Source: Girardia tigrina
Taxonomy: Eukaryota
Direction of reading: 5' to 3'
Assembly: GCA_001938485.1 (NCBI GenBank)
Contig: MQRK01223826.1
Coordinates: 6,352-70,351 of the forward strand
Length of the DNA: 64,000 nucleotides
The first letter of the stretch is position 1; every line of letters starts with the position of its first letter. The translations under genes and the position numbers were made by a program. The notes below the pieces were generated by a model. The model saw only the letters and a program-made list of their open reading frames with translations, was not told the DNA's origin and did no database searches. This document shows positions 26,640 through 39,779 of the stretch, in pieces.

Positions 26640-27600
26640 ATTACTGTCATATGAATAAAACTAATATCGCAAGCCATCGGATTTTAGAAGAAGTTAATGA
26701 TGAGCAAGATTTAGCGAAGTAAATATAAACAGAAGTAATATCTCAGAAGTAGTTTGTGCGATTCAAGAGCAGTGATTTCGACTTGGAAGACAAGAAACGA
26801 CCTGGATAGCCAAAAAAGTTTGAAGACTGCAGGCATTATGGATGAAAACTTATCTCAAACACTTAAAGCGTTATCCCCATCGCCGGCAGTTGACTTGTCA
26901 ACAGTAGGAAATCATTAAAAGAGCTAGGAATGATCCGAAAAGGAAAGAAATCAGGACGTTGTAAAGCGTATTTTGACCAGAGACTTTTTGCTTCAACGGT
27001 ACAAAAAAAGTTTTTTTACATTGGATTGTTACTGGTGATGAAAATTTGATACATTTATGATAATTCCAACCGTAAGATCTACGCTCCTTCTTTCCATTTG
27101 GTGGGACCAACGATGTGAAATTTATTACGAACTACTGAATCAATAGAATGAACTGAATAGAGCGGAAGGCACAAAATTATTTTGCTGAAGGACAATGCTA
27201 GATCACAAGTCTCAAAATCGGTTCACCCGTACCTGAAAACACTGAACTTAGAACTCTTAGTCCATCCTCGTATTCTCTAGATTTATTTTATATATATTTC
27301 TTCTTTTATATATATTTATATATTTCTATATATTTTTTTATGTATTTCTTCTTCAGATTATCCCCTCATTGTCGGTTGAGAAACTTGCTTCTTCGAAGAA
27401 TGTTAAAATTGGATTGATTCATGGTTTGCCTCGAAGGATGAAGCGTTTTTTATGGTGTGTATATTTCCTACCCGAAAGATGGCAGAAAGTAGAAGCAAGC
27501 GATGGACAATATTTTTAGTAATATATTTTTATAATTAAATATAAAATTAAATTGTTCTTAGTCTGTCAAAAATGATACGAATTATTTCCAATATCAATTA
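26640..27600 (+). mobile_element. Decayed mariner
   Basis: RFKSSDFDLEDKKRPG, FLHWIVTGDE, DNAR and LPERWQKVEASDGQY-like motifs in broken frames. Confidence 0.75.
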
Positions 27601-28074
27601 ATGAAAAGATATACAGTCACATTAGTGTTCTTAATAGAGGGGGATGTTGAATTCTTTCTAATTTTATTAACAATTTAAATTTCTCGGAGATTTTTACAGA
27701 AAAAGACAAAATTAAATTATTTTAAAACAAAAGGCTCTCAAAGAGTCAATCTGGCAAGCCATGCAATACACGACATAGGCAGGCTGTACTACAATATCCG
27801 TCTCTATAATTATTAATCAAAGTCATAATTAAATTTAATTAAAGTAAATTAATTATATATATTTTAATTCACAATTTAATTATAAATTTAAAATAAAAAT
27901 ACTTTAATTAAATAATTATCTTTAAATTTATAATAAAATTTGAAAGTAAAGATAATAATAAAATTAATTAAAATAAATTGAATAATTTTAAATACATTTA
28001 GTTAAATAATTATATTTAATTATGTATTTTATGAATGCTAATTTAATATTTTTGTAAAATAATGTTCGGAAAGC

Positions 28075-28830
28075 TTATTTTAACAAATTCATTATTTAAC
28101 ATGTCTTGAAGTTTCATAATCCATCATTAGCAAATATAATTTAATATTTGTCATTAATGTTAGTATTATAAAATGTGAGTGTTAATTGAATGTTTTTATT
28201 CATTTTAATAATTCAAGATGTTATTGGATAATAAATACACATTATTTGACAATTTTATTTTAAGATTTAAAAAATTAAAACGGTTTTACTTTGTCCATTT
28301 TAAATGTTTATTAATGGATTTTAGTATCTTATTAATAATGATTAAAAAACTACAGCTCATAGTGTGAATCAAAGCCTTTCTGAAAAATATAAAACTCATC
28401 CTTTGAAACAGAATAGATTCTATTTTTACAAAGTAATCAAGGATCAAGCACATTACTCGATCGACTCGATTTCGAATGTTCACTAATACGGGTTTTTAGA
28501 TAATGATTTGTCTCTCCAATGAATGTTCATAACAATTAAATCGATAAACAAATTAGCTTGCAATCCACACATTGTTTTCGATTTATTTGAGAGGATTTTA
28601 TGAACTTTGGATGTCATAGAAACAACTTTGACGCTATCTTAATTCCAGCAAAAATTCTTTTTAAATGCTTTGAATCCTTCAGAATATGGATATTCGATTA
28701 TTTGTTTGTGTTCTTCAATGTTTTGCTTCTTTAATCTTTTTTATCATTGTTTGTGCACATAATTTATCTAATGTAACCTTAATGTTGTGATCTATCTGTT
28801 TTTTTATGTACATGTTGGTTTTTAAGCATC
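28075..28830 (-). mobile_element. Penelope-like 3' fragment with degenerate hammerhead
   Basis: Homologous to 50915-51640 (ANLxYxF, GETN, SEH motifs); decayed hammerhead at ~28093-28135. Confidence 0.75.
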
Positions 28831-28845
28831 ATCTAAGAATATTTT

Positions 28846-29070
28846 AACCCGGGATCGGTTGCTAATCTGTCTAAAAGACCGTAAAATTTTAAATTTGTGT
28901 ATATCGTACAAATTACACAAGCGTCAACGTGTAACATCAAGATATGCTTCAAACATATCCTAACGTATGGTTAGGTAAAAATATATTTAAAGATAAATTT
29001 TTTCGATTGTTTTACTATCATCATCTAAAATTTTACGGTCTTTCAGACCAATTAGTGACCGATCACGAGT
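28846..29070. mobile_element. MITE with ~45-bp imperfect TIRs
   Basis: ACCCGGGATCGGTTGCTAATCTGTCTAAAAGACCGTAAAATTTTA vs right-end reverse complement ACTCGTGATCGGTCACTAATTGGTCTGAAAGACCGTAAAATTTTA. Confidence 0.7.
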
Positions 29071-29229
29071 TACCCACGATCTGCAGTTTCAAAATTGGAA
29101 GATAAATTCAAAACTATGCGAACTCTTGAAACATGTTCTATATATATATATATATATAATTATATTTAATATAATAATTATATATAATTATATTATATAA
29201 TATATAATATATATATATATGTATATGTT

Positions 29230-30600
29230 AACTGGGCCTCCAAATCTCTTTCATTGAGTCTAAGGCTCTTTAGAAGGTCCTGCCAAACTAAAGTCCTTAA
29301 GGGCCCCCGATAGGCCTCCTACGAGGTCAATGGCTTTCCGCCTCTGAGTTATGAGTATGTTACCCACGTAACAACCGCGAAATGGACACTGAAATTTTCC
29401 TTTTGCCTTCATATCAGGTAATTGGTAGTCTCTGTGTGTTTCTCTAGCGTCTTGTTCATTCTGGGTCTCCGGCATACCCACAGTTGCGTCCAGAAACTGA
29501 GGGTTCGATTGGATTGTGGTCGGCTCTTCCTCTTTCTCTCTTACCAAGTTTGTCGTCTCTCTGGGTGTGGGATTGCTCTGGTTCTTCTCGGTGATTCTTC
29601 TGTAAGTGGATCTTCAACCATCCTGTGCACTTGTATTCTTTTGGGCAGTGAAGGCACTTGTATACTCCTATCTTCTGTCATGACTGAGCTGTCATCTATC
29701 TCTGTTTTCTCTCTATTGGCTCTGCTCCGATATGATCCCTCCGGAGATGTCTGTTCAATTCTTTGATCTCTGTGAATTGACGATAACAGTCTTCCACCGG
29801 GCAGCTGTGTTCTTTGAGTCGTGGGAGAATTAATCGCATTGTGTTCTCATCTCGTCTTCTCTCCACTTTCTTTAGCTTGATGACTTTCTCTATTCTTGCC
29901 TATGTTGTTAGTAGGCTCTCCTGCTGAATGTCTCTACAAAAATAAGTAATGCTATACTGGTCTCCGAAGAGCCAGTGCATGTTCAACTTGAGGCATTCAT
30001 CCAGATGTTGCTTCTGTTGTTCGCTTATCTTGTTCCCTCCGATAAGTTCGCATTCGTAGATTTGCTGTACGACTCCTGGACATTCATTCCTCTCGATCTT
30101 CACATTGTGAATAATTTTTCTTCTTGATAGTATTCTTCTTCTTGGATTCGGTAGTTTAATGGATAACTCGTCCATTCTAATCCTCTCGATCTTCGATATT
30201 CCAAGCGTTCTTCTGGTACACAAATTGTGAAATGCTTTCAGCTTCTTCGCGTGGTCTACGTTTGTCCTCCAGTTTTCCCATCTGTAGTATACCACAGGGA
30301 ATACACAACTTGTGATGATATTGTTTTTGTTTCGGAGGGACAACTTTTTGTTCTTCAATACTGGTCTGATCGTTCTCAGCTTTATCATACCTTTCTTGAT
30401 TCTGGCTTTGATGTCAACTCCTGATCCTCCTACCTTCTCTATGATCGAAATAAGGTAGCAGAACTCATCCACCCATTCTACACCGGCACTCAGTTCGTTC
30501 CCTGCCGTTGCATTGAGATTAAGGATCTTCGTCTTCCCAATGTTGATCTTCAGCCCCATTCTCAGAAACACAGTATTTAGGCACGTAAGGTTTTTCAAAC
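29230..30600 (-). mobile_element. 5'-truncated RTE-like LINE
   Basis: GLKINIGKTKIL...VDEFCYL...DIKARIKKG...VVYYRWENW (RT thumb region); long charged C-terminal extension; ends at (TA)n. Confidence 0.85.
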
Positions 30601-30854
30601 TAATGTCTGTTAAGTGTTAACTAATGCCCATGTCACCTGATCAAATAAAATATAAAAAACTGCAATTTTTCAAAATATTTATTTTTCAAGACTTGCTTCG
30701 CAAGTTTTGGTATCGTCAGTTGACAAATTTATAAAAAAATGATGTTCAAATTGATGTCACCGTTGGTACTAATAACCATTTGTGACTCCATTTTCTGAAT
30801 GTACCATTGAATTTGAAAAGGAAATGGTACATCTCGGATGAAGAACAACAAATT

Positions 30855-31545
30855 CACAAACAAACAGATAGATCACAACATTAATGATACGTTGCAGAAA
30901 TTATGTATACTAATAATGGATAAAAATAATAAAGAAAAAAAAATGCAGAGAACAAACAAATAATCGAATTTCCATATTCTGAAGGATTCAAAGCATTTAA
31001 ATAGAGTATTTGCAAGAATAAAAGTAGTGTCAAAGTGGTTCCTACTATATCTAAAGTTAATTGTTTCCTTTCAAATAAATCGAAATTGATTTGGGGATTG
31101 CAAGCTAATCTAGTGTATATAAATTTATTTGTCACGGGTGGAAAAACTCGTATATTGGGGACAAAAATCATCATCACAAAACAATCGAATAAGATTCTGG
31201 TTACTAAGTAAAAATAGAATCTCTTCTGTGATAAAGGATGACTTTTCTGTTTTACAGAAGTGCTTTGATTCACATTTTGAGCGGCAGTTTTGTGAATTAT
31301 TATTAATAAGATATTAAAACCCATTAATAAACATTCAAAATGGACAAAATAAAGCCGTTTCAAATCTTAAAATAAAATTGTCAAAAAAATTGTATATTAT
31401 CCATTAACATCTTGAATTATTAAAATAAATAAAAACATTCCATTAACACTCACATTTTATAAAAATAACAATTATTAAATTATAATTGCAGATGATGGAA
31501 TACTAAATTCCGAAAGATGTTCAATAATCGATTTCTTAAAAACTG
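30855..31545 (+). mobile_element. Penelope-like 3' fragment with degenerate hammerhead
   Basis: Homologous to 52350-52990 (PYSEGF, QANLVYKF, RQFCE); CAGATGA-T-GGAAT-ACTAA-ATTCC-GAAA at 31489-31515. Confidence 0.8.
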
Positions 31546-32500
31546 TAAGAAAATTTATTTTTCAAAAAAATATAAAAATTTATAATTTAAATTTAAAAAA
31601 ATAATAAATCTAATTAAAATAAATTAAATTACTATAAAGAAATATAAAATGTATTACCCTGTTTTTCCGATATAAGTATCGACCCGTTATTAAGCCCGTG
31701 GTTCATTAAAATATTTTAATCTCCAAAACTTTTTAAAATTTATATTAAGCCACTGGCAAAAAAAATATTTTTTTACTCACAAAAATAACGCATCAAAAAA
31801 GGAAAATTCTGATTTGTTTTAGTTGATTACTTTTTGTTGTTACTGCTTGAATATTTTAAAGAAATTTAAAAAAAATCATGTCTCAGAATAAACGTCATTT
31901 TTATTCTGTACAATTTAATCTAGAAGCTGCACATTATGCAATTGAATATTCAAAAGATAAGGCTGCAGAACGTTTTAATGTGAATAGATCTCAAATTGTT
32001 CGATGGGAAAAGCAAAGAGATACATCCTTGTCTGTTCCAAATAAAGAAAAAAAGCACTTTAAGAAAGATTGACCTATACAATAGTCAGCTTTGGAAGCAC
32101 ATTTAAAAGAATGGATTCTCAAACATCGCAAAGAAGGCTTACTGATTTCGGGAACCTCAATTCTTCGAGAAGATATGGTCCAAGCTCCCAAAATGGATAT
32201 ACCAAATTTTATTGGATCAGTTCATTGGATTTTTTCTTTTATGAAAAGAAATCGTTTTGCTTTACGAGCTTTTAGCTCAGTGGGTCAAAAGTTACCCTAT
32301 GTTTGGGAACAAACGTTTGAAATTTTTGTGAATTATGTCAAAGCCAACAAGTTGAATTACACTTTTCAACATAAAGTCAACTTGGATGAAGTTCTGATCA
32401 CTTTTGACCTGCCTTTAAAATTTATAGTTGAACAAAAAGGATATAATGATGTTCGTTTAACTACTGGAGGAAGCAAAACATGTAGAATCACTGTTGTCTT

Positions 32501-32960
32501 TGTGAGGAATATTTGGTGTGTTGATGTTTTTGTGTAGTGTTTGCATGTTTAAATGTTGTGTGTTGGTTTGTGATTGTGCCTCTCCTAATCGGATGGATGA
32601 TTAATATTTTAATTCTTATTATCTGAAACTAATTTATTTAAATTTAGATTTAATATTCAAATTTTTAATTTTTATTATTGTAAATTTTAAATAATTTTAT
32701 TGATTTTATTTTTGTAAATTTTTAAATAATTAAAATCAAATCAATGTTTAAAAATATATATAAAAAGTAATTTTATTTTATCTAATAAAATTTAAATTAC
32801 ATATTTAAAATAAAATAACTTTCAAGTTAGTTCAGATTGTAAGGAGTATTAAAACATTGAGTGATGGAATTAAGTGAAAGTAATACTATTGATCATCATA
32901 GAGATGATCAAAATTGTGAATGTAATAAATGTTCTGTCAAATGTGTGAGTTCTCTTAACA
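32501..32960 (+). mobile_element. Solo-LTR-like element (TGTGAGG...CTTAACA)
   Basis: Interrupts the pogo ORF; flanks GTCTT/GTTTT; AATAAA at 32924, preceded by hairpin TGATCATC-N5-GATGATCA. Confidence 0.75.
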
Positions 32961-33849
32961 GTTTTTAGTTCTCTTAGATTATTTTTCAACGAAAGATGGT
33001 TCCAAAAGAAAACTATCCATCCAATGTAATAATATCAGATAATCAAAATTCATTGATGATACCTGTTGAAACTCAAATTTGGCATGAAAAAGCGTGGTCA
33101 AACGACAAGGTGCAATATGTAATCGAATGTCATTATTGATTCTTGATTCGGCTACAGGTCATAAAACAGAAGAAGTGAAAGAAACATTTTTTGCGGTTGG
33201 AACATTAATCAGCATGATTCCTGGTGGTTTAACAAAGAAACTTCAACCATTAGATAAAAAAGTTAATAAATCTTCCAAGGGTTTATTAAGAAAACAATGA
33301 AAGGAATGGATGGTTAACGGTTTTAAAGAATTCGCAAAATTCGGAAATTTAAAAGGAGCATCACACGAGGACATTTCTAAATGAATTTCACAAGCTTTGG
33401 AAGATGCTATAGATTCTGTTATCAAAGATGGATTTAAGAAAACAACGATTAATTTTTATGATGATAATTCAAATGCTGATGAAATCTCAAAAGATGAAAA
33501 TGAGGAGGAAGATGATGAGTATGATGAAACTGAAGCAATGCAAGATAAAATGGAGGATATTCGGGAAAAACTAATTGGCATTTGCATTGAAACTGATATC
33601 TATCCAATGGTTCCATGTAAAGAGAACCAATTAAAAAGAGTAAAATTAAAGAGTCAACAATAAAAATCGAATTAAATTAATATAATTGAAATAGAATTGT
33701 AATAAATACAGTTTCAATAAAAAGAATATAATAAAATTATTTTTTTGATATTTTATTAATTACTTTAATTTTTTGTATTACTAAAAGAATTTGCAATCAT
33801 AGACTACTAGCAATTCATTTTAAGTAAAATATAATATTTCCTAATTCAT

Positions 33850-34400
33850 CAAACTGCTCAACACGAGTTTTGATTCTTTGAATCTTTTTAAAATTTTATT
33901 TGTGTATGTATATTTTGTCTGTAATTTGCAAGAGTAATATCCAAAATTTGTGAAAACTATGCTCCTTTTTCAAACATACAATTAAATCTCCATATGTTTT
34001 CATGACACACACCAACAGAAGTTGCAAAGGCTCTGTGCCATCCTTCCAAATTATTATTTGTCTTGGGTAAGTTTTTCATGATAGCTTTGTCTGAATTCCC
34101 CATCTCCACAGGAAATACATGCAAATACCGGCTTTCACCTCTTTGTCTTCCAATCCACGTGTCTTCAAAATAATCTAGAAGAGGTTGTATAAGAATCTCA
34201 TTTTGTCAGTAAAAAGCAGTTTCATTAATGTTCCCGTACGCTGATATGGCTGTTGCGACTGGCACATAACTTAATGCAGTTAACAATTTTAAATGCAATC
34301 TAAGGTCGAAATCATTGTCATATTGTTGACGAATATTATTAAGAGTTTGGATCCTTCTCCAAACTGCCTCCTAAAATGAGATATACATCCCCGCTGAGCA
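33850..34400 (-). mobile_element. MULE transposase remnant nested in pogo
   Basis: LDYFEDTWIG and LPKTNNNLEGWHRAF on the minus strand. Confidence 0.75.
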
Positions 34401-35875
34401 ACTGATAGGAAATTTACACACGTAAATATTTAAATTAAATATCCTTTAAATTACACAAATTTTCAAGTTTTTTATATTCTTTTTACTTTTTTGGCTCTTT
34501 TTACTTTGTCTAATTTTACGTGTTACGCTATCCATGTGGCAATGATGTGAAAATGTAGTCATAAAATACAGTAAAAATCACTAAAGGAACACTTTGCTTA
34601 TAGAACTTTAATACATTGATACTCATGAGGAATACATATGTTATTCGAACATTTGCTGAGTAAAATTTTATAAAAAGTGTTACATTACTTTTTCATTTAT
34701 TAAGCCTCTACTTTTTATCAAGTCCCTTTTCGTTCAAAAAATAACTTCTGTGTTCAATTAAATCATTGGCTTATAACGGGAAAACAGGGTATTAATATTT
34801 AGAAATTTCTATTTTCAAATTATTTAAAATTAAATAAATTTCAGTGTGACAATTGCAGTAGAACCTCAAGACACATCAACCGGCCATTCTACTTACCTTC
34901 GGCGGGCAAATTGGTTGCTTAAATCAAGTGGTAAAATCAAAAATTATTCAATCGATTTAATTATTGATTCATCGTTTAAAAGAAAATCATGGAAAATAAA
35001 ATCAATGTCGCTAACCTGCAGCAGTTGAGGCTAAAATGACAATGATACTTATGATTTGGAACGGTCGGATCAACGAACGTCTCATTGTTTTCGTTTGATA
35101 CAGCCGATTTTATCGTATGATAAAAGTAACCTTGAATTTCGAATATTTGCTCTATTTCGACGATAATACGTTTAAACAAATTTGCGACAAAACAAAATTT
35201 GGATTAGATTTTTTTCTATTCATAACTGATTTTGATGAATTTGTTATTTCTTAAACATAAATATTTTTAAATGAAAATATCGAATTTGAAAGAAAAAAAT
35301 TATGAAAAATTTTTTGTTGGTTTTATGATATTTCAAAGATTTTAACCAAATTTAACGTACGTTTTTACAAATAAAAAAATATAATGTTTATGTAATTTTT
35401 AAAAAAATAGAAATAAAAATTACGTAAAAGAAAATAATTTTTCATTTTGTGAAAGCAAATGTTTTTTATTCGTTTGAAAAATTAAATACATTTTTAAAAA
35501 CTTATATGAGTTATTTGAAATTTACCGTCCTAAAAAATAAATATTAAAAAATTTAATAAAAAACAAGATGTGATGTCATTATAAATTTAGGTAAAAATAA
35601 TTGTGATTTTATAACTAACCTTGAAGGGAGATTTTTTAAAATAATATATTTTTTATAGTAAAAAAACATTTGAAAGTGCGTGCTTTATCACGAAGTCAAA
35701 GGAAGAAAACGTAAAAATAACTGCATCAGAAATATTTGAAAAGGTTTATGTACAGTGTCAATCAAGTTAATCCGTCAGTACATTTTTTTATGTTATTTAA
35801 ATTTGTACAAAATTTACCAAACCAACCATTCATGAAATTTTACATGTAACTAACGTAAACATTGAGTAAATTTAT

Positions 35876-36340
35876 TATTAAAAATATCTCATAAAAAATA
35901 AAAATTGATGTATTTATGTAATCACAATTTGAATTGTCACTACAACAATTCTTCGTAAAACTTGCGTAGCTCGTCATCATTTTTGATTCATAATCTTTAA
36001 TAATATTTTTTAACGTCTTATTATTTAAACAAATTTAAAATACAATTTAATCATTACAAAAATAATTTATACTTAAAATTATAATTTAATTATTACAAAA
36101 ATTATTTATAATTGAAATTTAAAATAATTTTGATTTATTTTAAGAAATTATTATTAAAATATTATTTATGAAATATTAGTTTAATTTTAAAGTGATTATT
36201 TAACTTTTAATAATTGATTAAACAACTCGACGTTTTAAAATATTTAAGATATCAATCTTCCATCTGGGTGGGAGAAACACAATCCTAAAACAACATACCA
36301 AACAACACACAATAAACACAATTCAAAAATATTCCTCACA
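35876..36340 (-). mobile_element. Solo-LTR-like element, same family (left end uncertain)
   Basis: TGTGAGGAATATT start, GT-rich tract, TCTCCCACCCAGATGG motif; no TSD at the inferred left end. Confidence 0.6.
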
Positions 36341-36530
36341 ATGTCATTGATACAGCTGGGGACTTGTTACCCGTAGATGTAGAAAATATTTTTATTAAAA
36401 TATATTCTTATTTCTATGCACAAACTGTGTGCGTTGCCATGTTTAGAGGATTTTGTGAAACTGCGGAAGTTGAATATCAGAAAATACTTGAATAAAGTAA
36501 AACGTGATGATTAGCTCTTTTACCAGATGT
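36341..36530 (+). mobile_element. hAT-like transposase remnant
   Basis: DTAGDLLPVDVENIFIKIYSYF...FCETAEVEYQKIL..SKT**LALLP (TRW-motif region, decayed). Confidence 0.6.
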
Positions 36531-37311
36531 CGAAAGAATTTGCTGACTTCATTAACACGATCTCTAATGACGTCGCTACTCGACATATGTCAAAATCTTC
36601 AGAAAGGAGATCAAGTGTTCAGAAATGTATATATGTTTTTCCAAGTCAGTCAACGCGTTTATTATCACTGGTTGGACATAGTTCGAGCTTCAATGCATCG
36701 AGAACGAGAAACGGTCCTCGTACAGCCATAACTATTGATGGAACGAAAAGGAGGGTTCTAATAACGTTTCAAATAATGATCATTTGAAAAGTAAAATGTA
36801 TAAAACATTATAAAAGGATCAAATAAACAACAAATTAAAAAAATTAATATTTCCCTTAAAACATGATATACGTAAATTATTAATTTTCATAAATATGAAT
36901 TAAAAATTTTTGAGTTAAAAATGAATTCTGATATTGAGGTTGCAACAACTTCTCTCAATAATAATAATAACAATAATAATAATAATAATAATTATTATTA
37001 TTATTATTATAATTACAATATTTTTATCATTTAAACTTACTCGTGTGAACATTATATCTCCCGATCAACTTTGTTTAAACTGACAAAATCAAATTATTTG
37101 ATTTTATATTAAATACGTATTTTATTATCTTAACACATTCATTTATTATATGTAATGATTTTTTGTTAAGTTTCAAGTTTCTATTTGTAAAAAAGTAATT
37201 TATAAACAACGAAAATGATAAATAAAAATAATTTAACGATCGTTTAACCAATATTTATTTACCAAACTATTGTTGATGACAAATCATTTCAAATAAAAGA
37301 GCAATTATAAT

Positions 37312-37626
37312 TTATAACGATTGTGTATCTTGTACAACTTTATACAAGGAAGATTTTCTTTCTTTTAATTCATCTATCCAATTTAAATGTTCTTGCTCTT
37401 TCGTACTTGGAAATTTCGCTTTTCGTTTCTCAACAACTTCTTTAATCCACGGAGCTTCGTTTTCTCCTCCTGACCTCATATGCTTTGCCCACACCTTTTC
37501 AACGTCTGTAGAAGATTCTTGCTGACGGTGTCTCACTTGTACCTCTGTCTTCCAAGAAATATAATCATTATTTTTGTTATTTTCTGTATTCATTTTACTG
37601 GTTGAAGATTGATTATACAACGTCAT
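37312..37626 (-). CDS. Unknown 104-aa ORF, copy 1
   Basis: ATG-to-stop ORF inside a ~710-bp segment duplicated in inverted orientation at ~46735-47454; frame open in both copies; no family recognised. Confidence 0.45.
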   Translation of the reverse strand: MTLYNQSSTSKMNTENNKNNDYISWKTEVQVRHRQQESSTDVEKVWAKHMRSGGENEAPWIKEVVEKRKAKFPSTKEQEHLNWIDELKERKSSLYKVVQDTQSL

Positions 37627-37883
37627 TTTTCTTAAAAGTTTTTTGTATAGTTTTATTAGAAACAACTTCACTTAAATAGATTAATGTTGCATAATTTAAT
37701 ACAATTTTAATTTTAAAGGAAAATTAAATAAGGAAATAATAAATAAGACAATTTCGAATCATAAATAAATGAATAATTTTTAACAATGATACTTATTTGT
37801 ATTTCTATAGAATTTTAAACAGTTTTTTTAATTTTGAGTCATTTTAATTGTGTGATCAAATTAAACGCACCGACTAATACGCT

Positions 37884-38281
37884 TATTAAGAACATTTGAA
37901 CAAGTCTCGCTTGAATGTTTATTACAATCACATTTAGAGTCATTATGACTCTCAGAAAGTCTTTCATCGTTTGTCATCCTTCTAATTGGTTTTCTTATTT
38001 CTCTTTTTAATCATGATTATTCGACCAATTTTTCTAAATTATTTTTTAAAATATTTAGCCTCTAAAAATATTAATTAAAAAATAATAATTTTTACCATTT
38101 TTCAATAAATCTTAAAATAATAAAAATGTCATCAAATTATTAAAAATGCATTTAATTTAAATTTTACTAAAAAAATACCAATTTCCATCTGGTTGGGAGA
38201 ATCACCATTCTAAATTCAACATACTAAAATCAACATACCGTATCCATTTACACATTCAAACAAATTAAAATATTCCTCACA
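37884..38281 (-). mobile_element. Solo-LTR-like element, same family
   Basis: Perfect 5-bp TSD ACGCT; TGTGAGGAATATT start; hairpin AGAGTCAT/ATGACTCT next to AATAAA. Confidence 0.8.
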
Positions 38282-39779
38282 ACGCTAATAATAATATCGA
38301 TTAATATTTGATGATTTTTGAATTGGTGAAGGTAGTTCGAAATTATATATTAGGTTAGTGCATAAGTTCGTGTGGTTTTATTTGTTGCAAAATACACACT
38401 AATTGTTGTTGATTTGAGTTATATTCATTCAACTAAGTTATATATTTAAATCCCTAGAAAAAGACCCGTCATACATGGCGGGTAAGCTGAATTTTCGACT
38501 TTGAAAGTTTCTGTATTAATTTTTAAATCGTAATTATTAAAATATATTATTTCGAATTCTATGTTGATTTAACAGTCATTCAGTTCAATCGACTCCCGGA
38601 GCCTTTCGATAAAGGCGCTATACAGACAGAATCGTCTTGCTGCAGACTATGCAGAGTTATCTCAACTTTACGCGGATTCACTCACTGTTTCTCCATTATT
38701 TCGCATTTTATCAGCATATTAATAATCATAGTAAAATTTAAGCTTGACCGACTGTGGTACCGACTGCCGAACCGAGTTGCGGCAACCAACACCTCTTAAT
38801 TGTGCGGGAAATTGTCGCTGGCGGACATGATCGGTCGGTTCCAGTGTCCAACAGTCGATAAGCGGGCGTGCATCGGCGCCTCAAACGGCTCACAGCGGCT
38901 TACCGAAGTGTGTTGGTCCTGTGAACCTCACTTTCTAAAAGAAAGTTACAAAAATCAGGTTCTTTCGATTTCTGAATCTTTACTCGTTCGCCACTAATCT
39001 GCTGTGCAGCCCATTTAATCTTCCTTTTCCAGGAACGTTACAAGTGATGAAAAATGGTGTCTATATGTTAATTTGAAACACAAAAAAGTTTAAGGAAGTC
39101 TTCAACAGCAAATGGATTTATTAGCTCAGTAAACCAGCAATTTTGAGTAATTCAAAGAACAATGAGCGAAGAGAAGAGTTCACAATGATGACAGCAGTAT
39201 CTGCAGTACTCCCAGAGCAGATGGAAGAGTCAAAATTCTGAATCTTGCAAGGAAAGAAAGAGTAGGCAAAAGAAGTTACTAATAAAGCCAAGAATTAGAA
39301 AATAGATACATTAAAGACGTAAAATGAAAATGAAATGGATGTAAATTGTTCAACGGAAGACGTAATTCAATGGAGAATCAAGTCTGATAGATGCTGATAA
39401 AAGATGATCTGTTGAAATACTTCCAGAAAGAGATTAACGTCTTAAAAAAAGGGATGAGATGTCCAATAAGTAGCCGAATCTTGAAAGCAAATTCAATGAT
39501 TGACTCGAATGATATATTATGATCAAACAACATGATTATTTTATCAGATTTAGTGCAATAAGTCATGAAGTATCCTGTGATATTATCCTGTGTTTCGGCG
39601 TCACGAAGGGGATCATTATGCATTATTATATCAACTTTAAACATTGTGTCGGACCCACTCATTAACACGCTGATTTTTTGAGGAAATTTCAGTTAACAAA
39701 ATGAAGAGATAGATCAAAACCACTATCATACAATTTCAAGACCACAGAAGAAATAATGTAACAGGACAGTTTCAAACGA

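Larger units (their letters stand above)
31658..34789 (+). mobile_element. pogo-like transposon (Brinker-type DBD, CENP-B HTH, DDE) with nested insertions
   Basis: TA|CCCTGTTTTTCCGATATAAG ... CTTATAACGGGAAAACAGGG|TA; YSVQFNLEA...AAERFNVNRSQIVRW, NLDEV, LILDSATGH, IPGGLTKKLQPLD. Confidence 0.9.

Noticed and set aside
30881-31363. 160-aa hydrophobic ORF (similarly 29422-29766 and 44255-44680)
   Set aside because: Antisense shadows of PLE, LINE and mariner coding remnants.
30603-36345. Apparent 5-bp TSD ATGTC around TGTTAAG(30608)...CCTCACA(36340), suggesting one 5.7-kb LTR element
   Set aside because: The two ends are not homologous LTR copies. The left flank is LINE sequence and the right flank hAT sequence, so they do not rejoin. 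Treated as probable coincidence.
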